A stretch of 64,000 bases of DNA from Chrysemys picta bellii. Taxonomy: Eukaryota. The position numbers and the translations under genes are program-made. Below are positions 36,168 through 49,068 of the stretch, piece by piece. Numbering within the stretch: the stretch's first letter is position 1; the number at the start of each line of letters is the position of its first letter. The notes under the pieces are model-generated. The model was not told the DNA's origin. It worked only from the letters and a program-made list of their open reading frames with translations, and ran no database searches. Location of the stretch: contig NC_088795.1 of assembly GCF_011386835.1 (NCBI RefSeq), positions 137,392,001 through 137,456,000 of the forward strand, read 5' to 3'.

Positions 36168-36913
36168 GTGAGAGTTCATGCTGTTTGGACAGTCCTACCT
36201 GTAATTAATCTTCATGGATGTTTGTTCTCAACTGTGGATAAAGCAGAAATGGGAATCTGCTGCTCATTGGCAACCTGTAAGGAACTATAAGCACTTGAAA
36301 GCCATCATCCTGTTTTGACTTAATGTTGTGCCTTCAGGTTATGCATTTACATATTTTGGACTACACTGATTTTAATAAAAGTTACACCAATTTTTAGTTT
36401 TTATGCTTGTAATGAAGAAGGATACAGCTTAATACAGCAGAACAGTTGGCTGGAAATAGCTGTAGGTGCTGCAAATAGAAACAGTTTTTGTGAGGTCTCT
36501 CAAAAGGAACAGAAGAGTAATTGTCTTTGAATTCTGTGAAGATATAAATGTATTTTTTGATGCAAATAAATGTTCACAGCAAAATGTGATGCATACAAAG
36601 TAGGAGGGAGGAGAGAATTACAAAGTGTCTCCCCCCTACTCTGGAATACTTTTAGATGCAGTATGTTGTAATTGTAGGAAACTGCAGAGTTAAAAGTGAA
36701 GATGAAGCATTTGAGAGAGATCATGGCTGTGGTAAATTTCTGATATAAGACCTGTACACTAGAAAGCAAAGCAAAGCTCTCCTGAGTACAATTTGTCTAT
36801 CTACTGTACACATACTTAGTCTGTAAGTTTATGGCACTCTCACTTAAGAGCCTCGGCACAAAATCTTCTTGCCTGCCCTTACCATGATGATGAAAAAAAT
36901 ATTCCCTCCATTT

Positions 36914-37119
36914 AAATAAATAAATAAATTAATGGAGATATCTTATCTCCTAGAACTGGAAGGGACCTTGAAAGGTCATCGAGTCCAGCCCCCTGCCTTC
37001 ACTAGCAGGACCAAGTACTGATTTTTGCCCCAGATCCCTAAGTGGCCCCCTCAAGGATTGAACTCACAACCCTGGGTTTAGCAGGCCAATGCTCAAACCA
37101 CTGAGCTATCCCTCCCCCC
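36914..37119 (-). mobile_element. Turtle tRNA-derived SINE, full length
   Basis: Near-identical to the copies at 5905 and 10759. Confidence 0.93.
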
Positions 37120-37914
37120 GAATTTTATATTTATTCTATATTTAGAATATATGTGGGGTGTGTTTATGTATGTATATAAAATATAACAAAAATATTGATA
37201 AAAGAATGTTAAAGTTGCAAAGTCCAGAATTCAGGTGCCAGGAAATGCCAGAATTAGGATGCCCATGTGACTTTAGTTCTGCACCTAATGCATATGAATT
37301 GGTAGTCTTTAATTACATGTTCATACTATTTTTTCCGTAGGATTTCTGCCTCATTCAGGGCACAGGATGGACAGCTCTCCATAAGTGAGGCAGCAGTTCA
37401 GCATTGCTTTTTAGCCTCACTGTTCAATGTGCACCCCCTACCGTATTTGCTATATACTGTCCAAACGTTGCATTGAATTTAGAATTAATTTTGTTCAGAG
37501 TTTTCTCGGGTTTGCATTACCACAGCATCTGAGTGCTTCATCAATTTATCATAACCTCTGTCTCCGGCAGGGAGGTATTGTCCCTATTTTGCAAATAGGG
37601 AACTGAGCAATAGAGAACGTAAGGCCAAAACTCGCAAGAGTATCCACTAATTTTAAGCGTTTCGATGATTGGGCAACTCGGTTGAGATACTTACGGGGCC
37701 TGAATTTTTGGAACATCAGCTGTTCCCATGTACTTTAATTTGAGTTGTGAGTGCTCAGTTCTTTTGAACAGTAAGCCCTCGGTACGTCCAACTGGTAGGT
37801 AGTTTCTGTAATTTCTAAAAGGGTGTTAAATAAATGCCTCTGAGTTAGAATTGACAGAGAGATGAACCAAAAGACAATCTTTTTGTTAAGATGTGATCCA
37901 CACACTGAAAAAGT

Positions 37915-39828
37915 TTGATACAAGTTAAGAATTACTTAGAAAGATTAGGTGTCTTCAAGTCGACAGAGTCTGTTGAACTATATTTTAGAATACTAAAGGA
38001 ACTGTGTGAGGAGATATGAGCCATTAGTGATTATCTTTGAGAACTCGTGGAGGACAGGAGAGATTCCAGAAAACTGAAAAAGGGCAAATATAGACCCTCT
38101 CTATAAAAAGGAGAATAAGGACAACCGAGGGAATTCTAGATAAGGCTACAATTTTGTCACGGATATTTTTAGTATAAGTCATGGACAGATCACGGGCAAT
38201 AAACAAAAATTCGCGGCCCGTGACCATATCTATGACTTATACTAAAAATACCTGTGACTAAATCTTGGGGGCGGGGCATGTCTGGGGGGTCATTCAGGGG
38301 CGGCGGGGGAGGACACGGACATGGACCACGGCCACTCGTGGGGGGCACCCAAGTAGTGGCTGGTGTGGCTGTCCCCAGGGCCACCTGGGCAGCTAGCCCT
38401 GGAGCCAGATGCTTTGGCGGCCCTGGAGTCAGCCACACTCACTGTTGCAGAGGTCGCAGAAGTCATGGAATCCATGACTTCCATGATGGACACAGAGCCA
38501 TAATTATAGACCAGTCAGTTTAATTTTGGTACCCAGAAAGATAATAGAGCAAATAATCAAACAATCAATTTGTAAGCACCTAGAGGAAAATAAGGTGATA
38601 AATCAAGGACAAATCATATCAAACCATCCGAATAACCTTCTTTACATGGTAACAAGCCTAGTGGATGTGGGGGAGGCAGTAGATGTGATATATCTTGACT
38701 ATAGTAAGGCTTTTAATGCTCTCTCACATGACCTCATAAAGTAGAGAAATATAGCCTGGATAAATGTATTCTAAAGTGGGTGCACACTGGTTGGAAAAGC
38801 AAATTCAGAGTAGTTATCACTGTTTCACAATCAATCTGGAAGGACCTATCAAGTGGGTCCCGTAGGGGTCTGCCTGGATCCAGTTCTATTCAATATCTTC
38901 ATAAAAGATTTGGATAATGGGATAGAGAGTCCATTCATAAAGTGTGCAGACAACACCATGCTGGTAGGGGTTGCAAGTCCTTTTGATAACGGGATTAGAA
39001 TTCAAAATGACCTTCACAAACTGCAGAAATGGTCTGAAATAAATAGGATGAAAATCAATAATGACAAATGCAAAGTACTACACCTAGGAAGGAATAATAC
39101 ATTGCACAAATACAAAATGGGAAATAACTGCCTAGGAAGGAGTACTGCCGGAATGGATCTGTAGGTTATAGAAGATGACAAACTAAATGAGAGTCAATAA
39201 TGTAATACTATTGCAAATAAAGCAAGCATCATTCTGCAATGTATTAGCAGGGATCTTGTAAGCCAGACATGAGACGTTATTCTTCCACTCTACTCAGTAG
39301 TGATAAGGCTTCAATTGGAGTATTGCATCCAGTTCTGGCCACCATACTTCTGGAAAGATGTGGACAAATTAGAGACAGTCCAGAAGAAAGCAACAAAAAT
39401 TATTAAAAGTCTGGAAAACATGACCTATATGAGGAAAGACTGGGGGGGAAAAGGGTGGGGGGTAGTCTGGAGAAGACTGAGGAGGGATGTGATAACAGTC
39501 TTCAAGTACGTAAAAGGTTGTTATCAACACGAGAATGATAAATTGTTCTCCTTCTCCACTGAGGACAGGACAAGAAGTAATGGGCTTAAACTTCAGCAAG
39601 AGAAATTTAGGTTAGATGTTAGGAAAAACTTCCTAATTGTCAGGGTAGTTAAGCGTGGGAACAGATTTTCTAGGGAGGTGTGGAGTCTCAATCATTGGAG
39701 GTTTTTAAGAGCAGGGTAGACAAACACCTGTCAAGGATGGTCTAGATAATGCTTCATCGTGCCTCAGTGCAGGGGACTGGACTAGATGACCTATTGAGGT
39801 CCCTCCTAGACCTTCATTTCTATGATTC
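37915..39828 (+). mobile_element. CR1 LINE, RT domain to 3' tail, decayed
   Basis: GNYRPVSL, VIYLDYSKAF, GPVLFNIFI, CADNT, KCKVLHLG and RSNGLKL motifs; TTCTATGATTCT tail. Confidence 0.92.
38141..38502. mobile_element. hAT MITE inserted in CR1 RT
   Basis: 8-bp TSD ATTCTAGA / ATTATAGA (7 of 8); degenerate TIRs TAAGGCTAC / GAGCCATA; the host reads GNYR|PVS across it. Confidence 0.8.
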
Positions 39829-42800
39829 TTTAATATCCTGGATGCCCTATTAGGTCTTTTCCATTTTTAGAGTCTGAAGTAGGTGGTTACAGGAAGTCTT
39901 TTATGGAACCAGTTGTCCATATCTCACACGTGATCATAAAAATTGGCAATTTTGTTATCTCAGCAGAGGCTCCAATGAATGGTTATGGACATTCTTCTCT
40001 CCCTGAAAAAAGGTCCCTCCAAATCAAGATCAAAGCATATTGGTGGGCCACTGCACGAAAACTTGCCTGCACTATGCCTGTTTGGTGACTAAATTAGTTG
40101 ACTTCAGTTTCTGCAAACTCAGTCCAGCACTACTGTGAACATCATTGTTTTTTAGGGGAAATGCAACAGCTGTATTACTTGACAGAGATGTTGACATATT
40201 GGCTTAGTTCACATAGGTGTACTATAAAAATATATTACAGGGGCCTTCTTTTTCACCTGCTGTTTTACACTGTATGTGCAACTCACTTGTTTGTATGTTT
40301 CCCTCTTAATCTTTTTAGTCTGGAGAAGTAAACTGATAGGGTTTACAGAAAAGCCAGCTTTCTTTAAAACAAAAATAATACTGTAAAAACCATGCATACA
40401 TTTATCATTAGTATGAAAACAGACAGTCTTTGTTAAATTCAGATCAGGGTTAAGAAGTTCAGACTAGCATGAATTATTAAAGTTCTGCTCTGACTTTTCA
40501 CAGGATCTATCATCTAAACTAAAATGACATTTACCATGAAAAAAAGCAGCTTTACGTTTGCTATTAGAATGGCAAAAAGAAGTGGCAATGAGTTAGATGC
40601 TATATGAAACCAGTCTTCCTGCAGGCACTTCCCCTTCCCCTCTTTCCATTACTTAAACTAATTTTTCTAGAAATAAGCTAACTGAAAACACCACTCCTGC
40701 AGTATTAGCCCAGAACCAAACATTGTAGAGCTGTCCTAAACTTTTCTGACTTCATGACAAGTTTGTTTGCAGTTATCTTCTGTTCACTTTTTGTTTTCAC
40801 TTTGGATGTTTCAATATCTGTTCATTTCCTCCTCTCCTCTCCTGTTTAGCTTTCTGAACTAATTTTTTTCCTTTGGACTTTTTTCTGTTCTCTTTATCTT
40901 TTCCTTTTGTTTTTTCTTTTTGATTAGAACTACGTTAAACAGGGCTGCCCCTCTGTTGTGAAGGGCTCCATAAATAGCAACACATACAGGACCTCATTCA
41001 TTTCCTTTCTCACTTCTACGTGATGCCTGCTGTCTGCCTGCCATCTTTTCTTATCTGATTTGTCAGACCTGGCAGGCTCTGACATTCTTACATGGCCCAG
41101 GAATTGGATGTGAAGTCCAGCTTTTCAAGAGTAAAAGGATAGTTAAGAATTCCAATCATTTCTGTAGCTTGCTGAATTTGACAATAGGACCAGAGACAGG
41201 GAATTGAGGCTAATGTGTACAAACTTTCTGAAGCATTCCAGTGCAGGTGGGATGGTTTGGGGGAGAAATTAAAAGGCTGCAAAGCAAAAATGTAGGCTCT
41301 GAGTATTGCAGAAAATATTCCCAGAGAGATGGTCTAGATTGTTGACTAATACTCCAATGAAAGTAATGGAAACTACACCTAAGTGTAGTATATTCAGTTT
41401 TGAATATGTCGTCTACATGTCCCTTTGGTCAATTTCAGTTTTTCTCCCAGTCCTTTTCCACTTACACTGGAATTCCCCAAATAATTTGCAAAGGAGAAGC
41501 CACCATCTTAGTCCACACTCCCCTTGCTCTTTGGTAGGAAATCCTCTTAGCTGAAGGGAATTGCAGGAATCCGAGTTGATGTGGAGTGGGCAGATGCGCA
41601 ACTATGGAACTGCATATTTTGCCTTCTGTTTCCTATTGCCAGAGCAGGGAGATTGAAAACAGAAGTGTTGGGTACGTTATTGAACCGTAAGTGGTTATCC
41701 AGTCACTCTACCATTCAGTGTGCCACCGTTGTTGATCCTGTCTTTGGCTTACCCTCCCCTGTACGCATTTGGCACCAGAACTACAGATTTCTTAGTGCTA
41801 ATCACAAACCCCTGGCTTTTTTTTCACATGAATCAGAGGTTTTTGGTTAATAACTACTTTATTTGGGGTACAAAAGAGACTTGAAAAATGGGGAATGTGG
41901 CCTCTTTCCTTTTCCATTGTGCATGGCCAGCTGGCAGCTGAGCGTCAAGCTAGTTCCATCCTAAGCTAATATTTTCCAGCTGGACATATTAGAACAGTGT
42001 TTTCAATTAGTATTTTTCCTAGGGCACATCATGGTAATAGAAAGTCATTTACCTGCAGGGAAACAATTTTATTAGTGTGCAGCTAAGCAACAGATAACTA
42101 GCTCCTTTGGGAGTTTTTCCATTCAGATACCCAGTAGAGCACAAATCTGCTCTTAAATTTGGTTGGCCATTACAAAATCTATTGGCCCTTGGCTGCAGCT
42201 GTTTGAACTTCCTGACGCGCTGAACATTACAACTTTTATAAGACTATTTAAGACCCTTGGTCATCTAGAACCTGTGCAAATGTTTTAAACTGAGTTACTT
42301 GGAGTCAGGCTATTGTTTAGATATTTTTCTTTGAACGACTCTAAGAAGATTCTTGCAGTCAGTCGGAAATAGACTTAAAAATCAGCTTTTCAAACAGAAG
42401 TTAGAGAGTATTTTAGCGTGTTGGCATAGATGATCTTTAAGTATCTTAAAGTAGGGAAGAGCATTCAACTAGTACTTACATTCTCAGCAGAGGTAAAGAT
42501 ATATACTGTGAAAGTCGTCCTAAGCAGCTACCCCAGGGATCAACAAACAGATACCTAGTAAAGTTTGTCTTTCATAATAGGTCAAACAAAATTGTGCTGG
42601 AAACCTTGAGGGAGATTGTAAAGCAGTCTCATAAGACAGGATTGTCAACTAGAGATGGCCATTAGTGCAGATTTCACTGTATTGTGTTCTGTTATCCACA
42701 CTTAGAATCCAGCACTGATAGATGGTTATCCTTTCATTGGCGAACTGGAGGCTATTCATGTCTACAAGTAGTCTAAATGGCTAAATAATGGTGGCTTTTG

Positions 42801-43039
42801 TCAAGAAAACAGTCTGCAGCTTGTTTGGAATGTTAATGTCTTTGAGGTATGGACGTGCATTTAATTCCACATTAGTTTTCATAGGGCCAAAGTTAGTTTC
42901 ACTGCAAATTCTTAATTGTCCCTTTATCAGGCATCAAGACACCAAGCTTGATTTCTACTTTAGAAAGAGCAGAAATGTGGCACAAGTGTAGCCTGTGTCA
43001 GTCTAATAATCAACAATTCATACTGGCCTGGGTAGAAAT

Positions 43040-44070
43040 GCTGTCAACGGGATCAAAAACTGTCTGAAGGCCCCAGCTATTAAAAGGTAGAGTTAAACAG
43101 TAGTATGTTCAGATGGGTGTGGAGTATCACTGGGACCTGTGCTCTGTCCACTCTTACCATCTTCATTAGTTATCTAGAAGGTGGTAAACAGCACACTCAG
43201 GACATTCACAGTAACTTGGGAGGAGTTGTGAATATCAGCAAGGCCAGGAAATAGCTAGAACGGTTAGACATTTGAACCAAAAGAAAATGAGGTGCAGACT
43301 TGGAAAACTGTAAGCTATTGCATTTGGGGGGAGGGGTGGGGGGAATAATTTGAATTGCACATAGACATCACTTCTAAAGCCTTGCTGTAACTGCACCTGG
43401 ATTGTTGTATTCCGTTCTGAGCACTTCTGTATTATATCAGGGTTCAAAAAAGAGCTAGATAAGTTCATGGAGGATAAGTCCATCAATGGCTATTAGACAG
43501 GATGCACAGGGATGGTGTCCCTAGCCTCTGTTTGCCAGAAGCTGGGAATGGGCGACAGGGGATGGATCACTTGATGATAATCTGTTCTGTTCATTCCCCC
43601 TGGGGCACCTGGCATTGGCCACTGTCAGAAGACAGGATCCTGGCTAGATGAACCTTTGATTTTACTCGGTATGGCCGATCTTATGTTCTTATAAAAATTG
43701 ATTCAATTGGAGGAGCTCAGAGGAGAGCAACCCAACTTCTCAGAGAGCTTGGCCTGACTTCTAAAAGGATTAAAAGCCAAGTATATACTGTATAGTTTGA
43801 CTAAGCAATGTTTGAGAGGGGCACAACTGTCTATATCTATTTAAAGGGGCAGTGAGGAGAGGAATGAATTAAGCTGCAACAAAGGGATATTGTGTAGAGG
43901 AATGGGATGCAATTGAGAGGAAAATTTAAACTGAATATCAGAAAAAAATGTTAGTGAGAGCTATAGCTCTGCAGAATAGTCACTTCAGGGAAGTAATGGG
44001 GCTTCCATCACTTGGGACATTTTGTAATGATCCAGTCCAGTTTTTATATGTACTGTAAAGAAGTATCCTG
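43040..44070 (+). mobile_element. Composite of CR1 fragments, including a better-preserved 3' end at ~43437-43690
   Basis: CTAGATAAGTTCATGGAGGATAAGTCCATCAATGGC ... TTATGTTCTTA tail; older RT and 3' pieces on both sides. Confidence 0.75.
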
Positions 44071-44291
44071 TCTTAAAGCTTACCTAGAGGCAGGTTATCC
44101 CATAACTTCCTAGCATAATGGTTCTTGAACCTTTGTTTTAAGCAGCTGTGGTGCTGTCCAATTTCAAAGACAGGGTACTGGACTAATTGAACCATTGATT
44201 TTGATCTATCATGGCAGTGCCTATGTTCCTGTGACTTAGATGATTCATTTGTAGGTTTCAAAGCCACAGGGGGGACTGTTATGCTCTAGTC

Positions 44292-44727
44292 CAGGGGTGG
44301 CCAACCTGATCCTGAGAAGGAGGCAGAATTTACCAATGTACATTGCCAAAGAGCCACAATAATATATCAGCAGCTCCCCGCTCCCCCCCCCCCCCGCACC
44401 GCTCCCAGCACTTCCCGCCCACCGGCAGCCCCACCAATCAGCACCTCCCTCTCCCTCCCCGCACCTCCCAATCAGCTGTTTTGTGGCGTGCAAGAGGCTC
44501 TGAGGGGGAGGAGCCAGGGCATGGCAGGCTCAGGGGAGGGGGTGGGAAGGGGTGGAGTGGGGGCAGGGCCTGTGGCAGAGCCAGGGGTTGAGCAATGAGC
44601 ACCTCCTGGCACATTGGAAAGTTGGCACCTGTAGCTCCAGCCCCGGAGTCGGTGCCTAGACAAGGAGCCGCATATTAACTTCTGAAGAGCCGCGTGTGGC
44701 TCCGGAGCCACAGGTTGGCCACCCCTG
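44292..44727. mobile_element. hAT MITE, 436 bp, in an antisense CR1 3' end (~44070-44765)
   Basis: Perfect 17-bp TIR CAGGGGTGGCCAACCTG and perfect 8-bp TSD CTCTAGTC (44284-44291, 44728-44735). Confidence 0.95.
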
Positions 44728-47579
44728 CTCTAGTCTGACCTCTCACATACCACAGGCCACTGCATTTCAGTCAGAAGGGCTGCTATAACAGGTTTTTAGT
44801 TCTAATTTATTACTTGTTCCATTCTTCTGAGAGGGTATCATTTGCCTTTTAAAAGATTAATTGCTGATTCGTTAATACTAAAACACTCAGATTGCACATC
44901 AGTGTGTAACTACGCTGTTTGCGTTTGAAAATACGCACCAACAGTGGAACCAGAATGTCCGTTCAGCAAATGTGATCCACGTAGGTGAACGGATGTCAGG
45001 ATAGCTACTGTTGTGTTGCAGTATAGAGGAACATAAGAACAAAGTGAGATTTATCCATTTTGGCCTTTTAAATTATATTTGTTGTTGACTCTGCCTATGT
45101 TCTCCTGCTTTCTAATTTATAGAAGTGTGTGCTACCCATTGAACACCTGTCAAGGTAATGTGTAGTTGCTAGTGGTAAGAACCTAGAGATCGTGTGGACA
45201 AGTGAGGTGTGTAAAACTGATTAGCTCTACTAGAATTTAATATACTCTAATAACGCTCTGTACTGTGAAAACAACAAAAGATGCTAAACCCTTCACTTAA
45301 TGAATTATTTCCAGCTAATGTCAGTGTGGGTTTCATTTTACATAATTTGCTGCTTCGAGAAAGCTTTTGCATTGTTATGCAGTACACATTTGGTGGTGAT
45401 GCTCTGTGATCTGTTGTTTGTCCTGACCGTGTGTCTGCAAAGGTTGGTTCTCCTGCCCCCTGGGTATACATATTGGTCAGTAAATGGAATGATGGCAAGT
45501 TTTAACTGTCCACATTTTGTAAATGTATGAGCTAAGTATTTATAAATAAAACTGAAAAGCTGATAATATTTTCAGTAAAACTGACCAGTTGGAAATGCTT
45601 TTACTCTGATTTTAGCTGATGAGAGGGAAATGGCTGGAGAGAAAGCAAACTCTGTGAAGCTTTGAGTATAGGGTCTTTTTAAACTCTTCTTTCCCTTTGG
45701 CAGAAATGAGTACATTTTCTGATTGAAACACTAACAACACCAACAGCTTCTGAAAACTATTGGAGAGGACCTATTTGCATTCCTTTGTGCACAGAAGTTG
45801 TTTTAAGTGCCTTGTGTCTGAGATAATCTGACTGCTGTTTCATCCTTTTTATGTGCACCTTTTAGTGTAAAAAGCAACCTACTATTGAAATTAACAGCAT
45901 AACTACCCTCTGGTACATGTGAAATCAAGGTGAACTTTCAACATTTGCCATATGCATATTGGCCATATTGTATGCTGTGGCCTTGTCTTCCGCTACCCCT
46001 AGGGCAGCAGTGGAGAATTTCAAGATAAATGCGATTATTACCTTATTTGTGAGAACGTTATGGGGCCAGAGGTTTTGTAATTTAACATTACCTGGGAACA
46101 TTGCAAGTTCTCCTGTTACTAATCTTTCCCTTCACGTAGACCTTGCATCGAATGCTTGCTGGATTGACACTTCCTGCATTAAAAGTGGGGTGGTTGTTTA
46201 TTAAATGTAGCTGGGTATAACTCCCCATTGATCTTTCTGCTGTTCATTTGTGGCCGTTTGCATTTCTGATACAAGATATTGATGAATCAGTGTGCTCATG
46301 CCCAAATGTTGACTATGCTAGGACTAGTCTGAAGGCTTGAGCACCTCTTTTAAAAATTATGTTCTTAAACTCCAGACATAAACCCAGTATTGAAATGGGC
46401 TGAACAATTCAAGGAAAAAGACCAATTTACTGTGGGCCAGCTTCTAGTTAAATATCAGGGCCAAGGTTTCAAAGATGAATATGAATTTTTAATCTAGAAT
46501 TGGGCACTTCAAATAATTACAAGAAGTTAATTCGTCTCCATATGAGAAAGCACATGAAATACTCTGGGGATGTGATTTTTTTTTAGAACTTCATTTATAC
46601 TGTCTTTTTATGGAAAATTGCTTACGTTTTATTTTATGAATGCTTGGTCAGTTTTCAATCATACCATTCAAAAAAACTCTGGAAATTTAGTCTGACACTA
46701 TTCTACAACAGTGAAGTTATCTGACTCATAGCTGAAACTCTGTTTAACTATTTCAGTAATAATGCCATAGGTTCTGCTTCCATTTAAGGAACTCTGTGAG
46801 GCACATAGCCTTACTGGAAATTGAAAGCTTGTGATGGTTTGGGACTATTTACTAAGCCATATAAAAACATTAAAAATACATTTTGTCCTACTATGTTTGA
46901 AAAGCAATTGGCTTGGCCTGTCAGTGTTGCATAGTAACTGGATTAAACATGCCAGTATACTTAAAATGTGTTCTAGAAAAATAAAATTGCTGTTCAATGT
47001 TTTAAATTATATAGAATATTTATTGTTCTGTATTCATTAGTTTTCATAATTGTTAGCATGTGTTGTATGTTAATTGTATTAATAGAGATAATGGGATGAA
47101 ATAAAAAGATTTTAGGCTAAACATCACATAATGATTCCTGATTGTGAGCTATATTAGGCTGTGAAATTGGCTCCCAAGGGAACTGCTGGTAGACACATCA
47201 CCTGAGTCATTTAAAACTAATCTAGAGGAAGTACTACAAAATGTACTGCTAGTGTGGGAACAATATTGCCATGGGAGGTGGATTAATTAGATGATCTAAC
47301 TGAGGCTTTGACCATTTTTAACTTCTATAATTCTATAACACTCTACATATTACGCACACATCAACACTCAAACAAAATAATTACTTGGCTTGTGTCCACA
47401 GCATTTCTGGTCAATATAGCAGCTTTATTGAAGAAATGCTGAAATAGATTTTTTTTATAGCCTCAGTAGTTAACAAGATACCATTCATTTTAAAATAATA
47501 TTATAAAAAAGGGCACTTTTTTCTAATATTGACCAGTGCAAAACTCATGGCTGTTCTGGCCAATAAAAATCAGTGGTGC

Positions 47580-48476
47580 TGTCAAGGCTGGATCCCCACT
47601 TTGAACTTTAGGGTACAAATGTGGGGGCCTGCATGAAAACTTCTAAGCTTAACTACCAGCTTAGCTCTGGTTCGGCTGCCACCATTTCAATGGATTCCAT
47701 TCCTGGGAAACCTTGAAAAACCTTCACCAAATCCCTGGTGAATACAAATCCAAACCCCTTGGATCTTAAAACAAGGAGAAATTAACCATTCCCCCTCCTT
47801 CCTCCCACCAACTCCTGGTGAATACAGTTCCAACCCCCCTGGGATCTACAACAGGGAGAAATTAACCATCCCCCCTCCTTCCTCCCACCAACTCCTGGTG
47901 AATCAAGATCCAAACCCCTTGGATCTTAAAACAAGGAAAAATCAATCAGGTTCTTAAAAAGAAGGCTTTTAATTAAAGAAAAAGGTAAAAATCATCTCTG
48001 TAAAATCAGTATGGAAATTAACCTTACAGGGTAATCAAATTTAAAGAGCTCAGAGGACTCCCCTCTAATCTCAGGTTCAAAGTACAGCAAACAAAGATAA
48101 ACACTCTAGTAAAAGGTACATTTACAAGTTGAGAAAAACAAAGGAAAACTAACACGCCTTGCCTGGCTATTTACTTACAAGTTTGAAATAGGAGAGACTT
48201 GCTTAGAAAGATGTGGAGAACCTGATGTCTGGTCCCTCTCAGTCCCGAGAACGAACACACTCCCAAACAAAGAACACAAACAACAGCCTTCCCCCCCCCC
48301 CCCACAAGATTTGAAAGTATCTTGTCCCCTTATTGGTCCTTTAGGTCAGATGCCAGCCAGGTTACCTGAGCTTCTTAACCCTTTACAGGGAAAAGGATTT
48401 TGGAGTCTCTGGCCAGGAGGGGTTTTATAGTACTGTACACAGGACAGCTATTACCCTTCCCTTTATAGTTATGACA
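47580..48476 (-). mobile_element. Solo LTR (probably Gypsy-type), 897 bp
   Basis: TGTCA...TGACA ends; 5-bp TSD GGTGC (47575-47579, 48477-48481); no internal sequence. Orientation is inferred from recalled turtle LTRs. Confidence 0.88.
47734..47942. repeat. 80-bp tandem repeat (~2.6 copies) inside the LTR
   Basis: CCTGGTGAAT recurs at 47734, 47814 and 47894. Confidence 0.9.
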
Positions 48477-48754
48477 GGTGCCTCATCATTTTCTGACACT
48501 GCAGTTCAGCCCTCAGACGTGTGTATATTATGGGATCTAGGAACTACAATCATGTGACATAACTTGGATATAAAATTCAAGTTACCTTGGCTCCTAGCAT
48601 TTTGTTGTTCAGCAAGAAAACCAGAACCCTTCCATTAATAGTAGCTTTAATGGCAGAGGTGAGCCAGTGCAGGCATTTACCACCTGTGCAAAGTCGTCAT
48701 TCTGGCCACATTTACGTTTTTCCTTAAAAGGGGGGGAGGGGGAGGGAGCATTGA

Positions 48755-49068
48755 TGAAAAGTGCCAAATTGACAGTCTTGGAGACTGAAGTCCAGATATG
48801 GCATTGACAGCAGCACTGCAAGCTTCTCCTACGCTGACCACCTCTCAGATGTAACCGGAAGGAAATAAGTCTCTTTGCCATTCACTCCTTGGTGCCTTTG
48901 AAACCGCCAACAAGGGTGCCAGTCGTGGCTTATGTGATGTGTAGACTAACAGCACCAACTCATTTCTGATGGGCCATCAGCTAGCAATGATAGGAACGTG
49001 CATTTGAACCAGTGCCCTAAAGGTGAAATCTTTTGTATCCCATTAACCACAATCCCTGGCCATCTGTT
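48755..49068 (-). mobile_element. LF-SINE-like ancient SINE
   Basis: Matches the recalled LF-SINE reverse complement: GGAGACTGAAGTCC, GCCAACAAGGGTGCCA, AGGTGAAA..TGTATCCCATTA. A short 3' piece also occurs at ~32454-32520. Confidence 0.7.

Noticed and set aside
5905-37119. tRNA genes at the SINE heads (6040-6116, 6190-6265, 10759-10835, 37045-37119)
   Set aside because: A and B boxes are present, but each runs into a CR1-like body and AT tail; these are SINEs, not tRNAs.
47734-47942. CRISPR-like array
   Set aside because: Vertebrate DNA; contiguous 80-bp tandem units with no unique spacers, inside an LTR.
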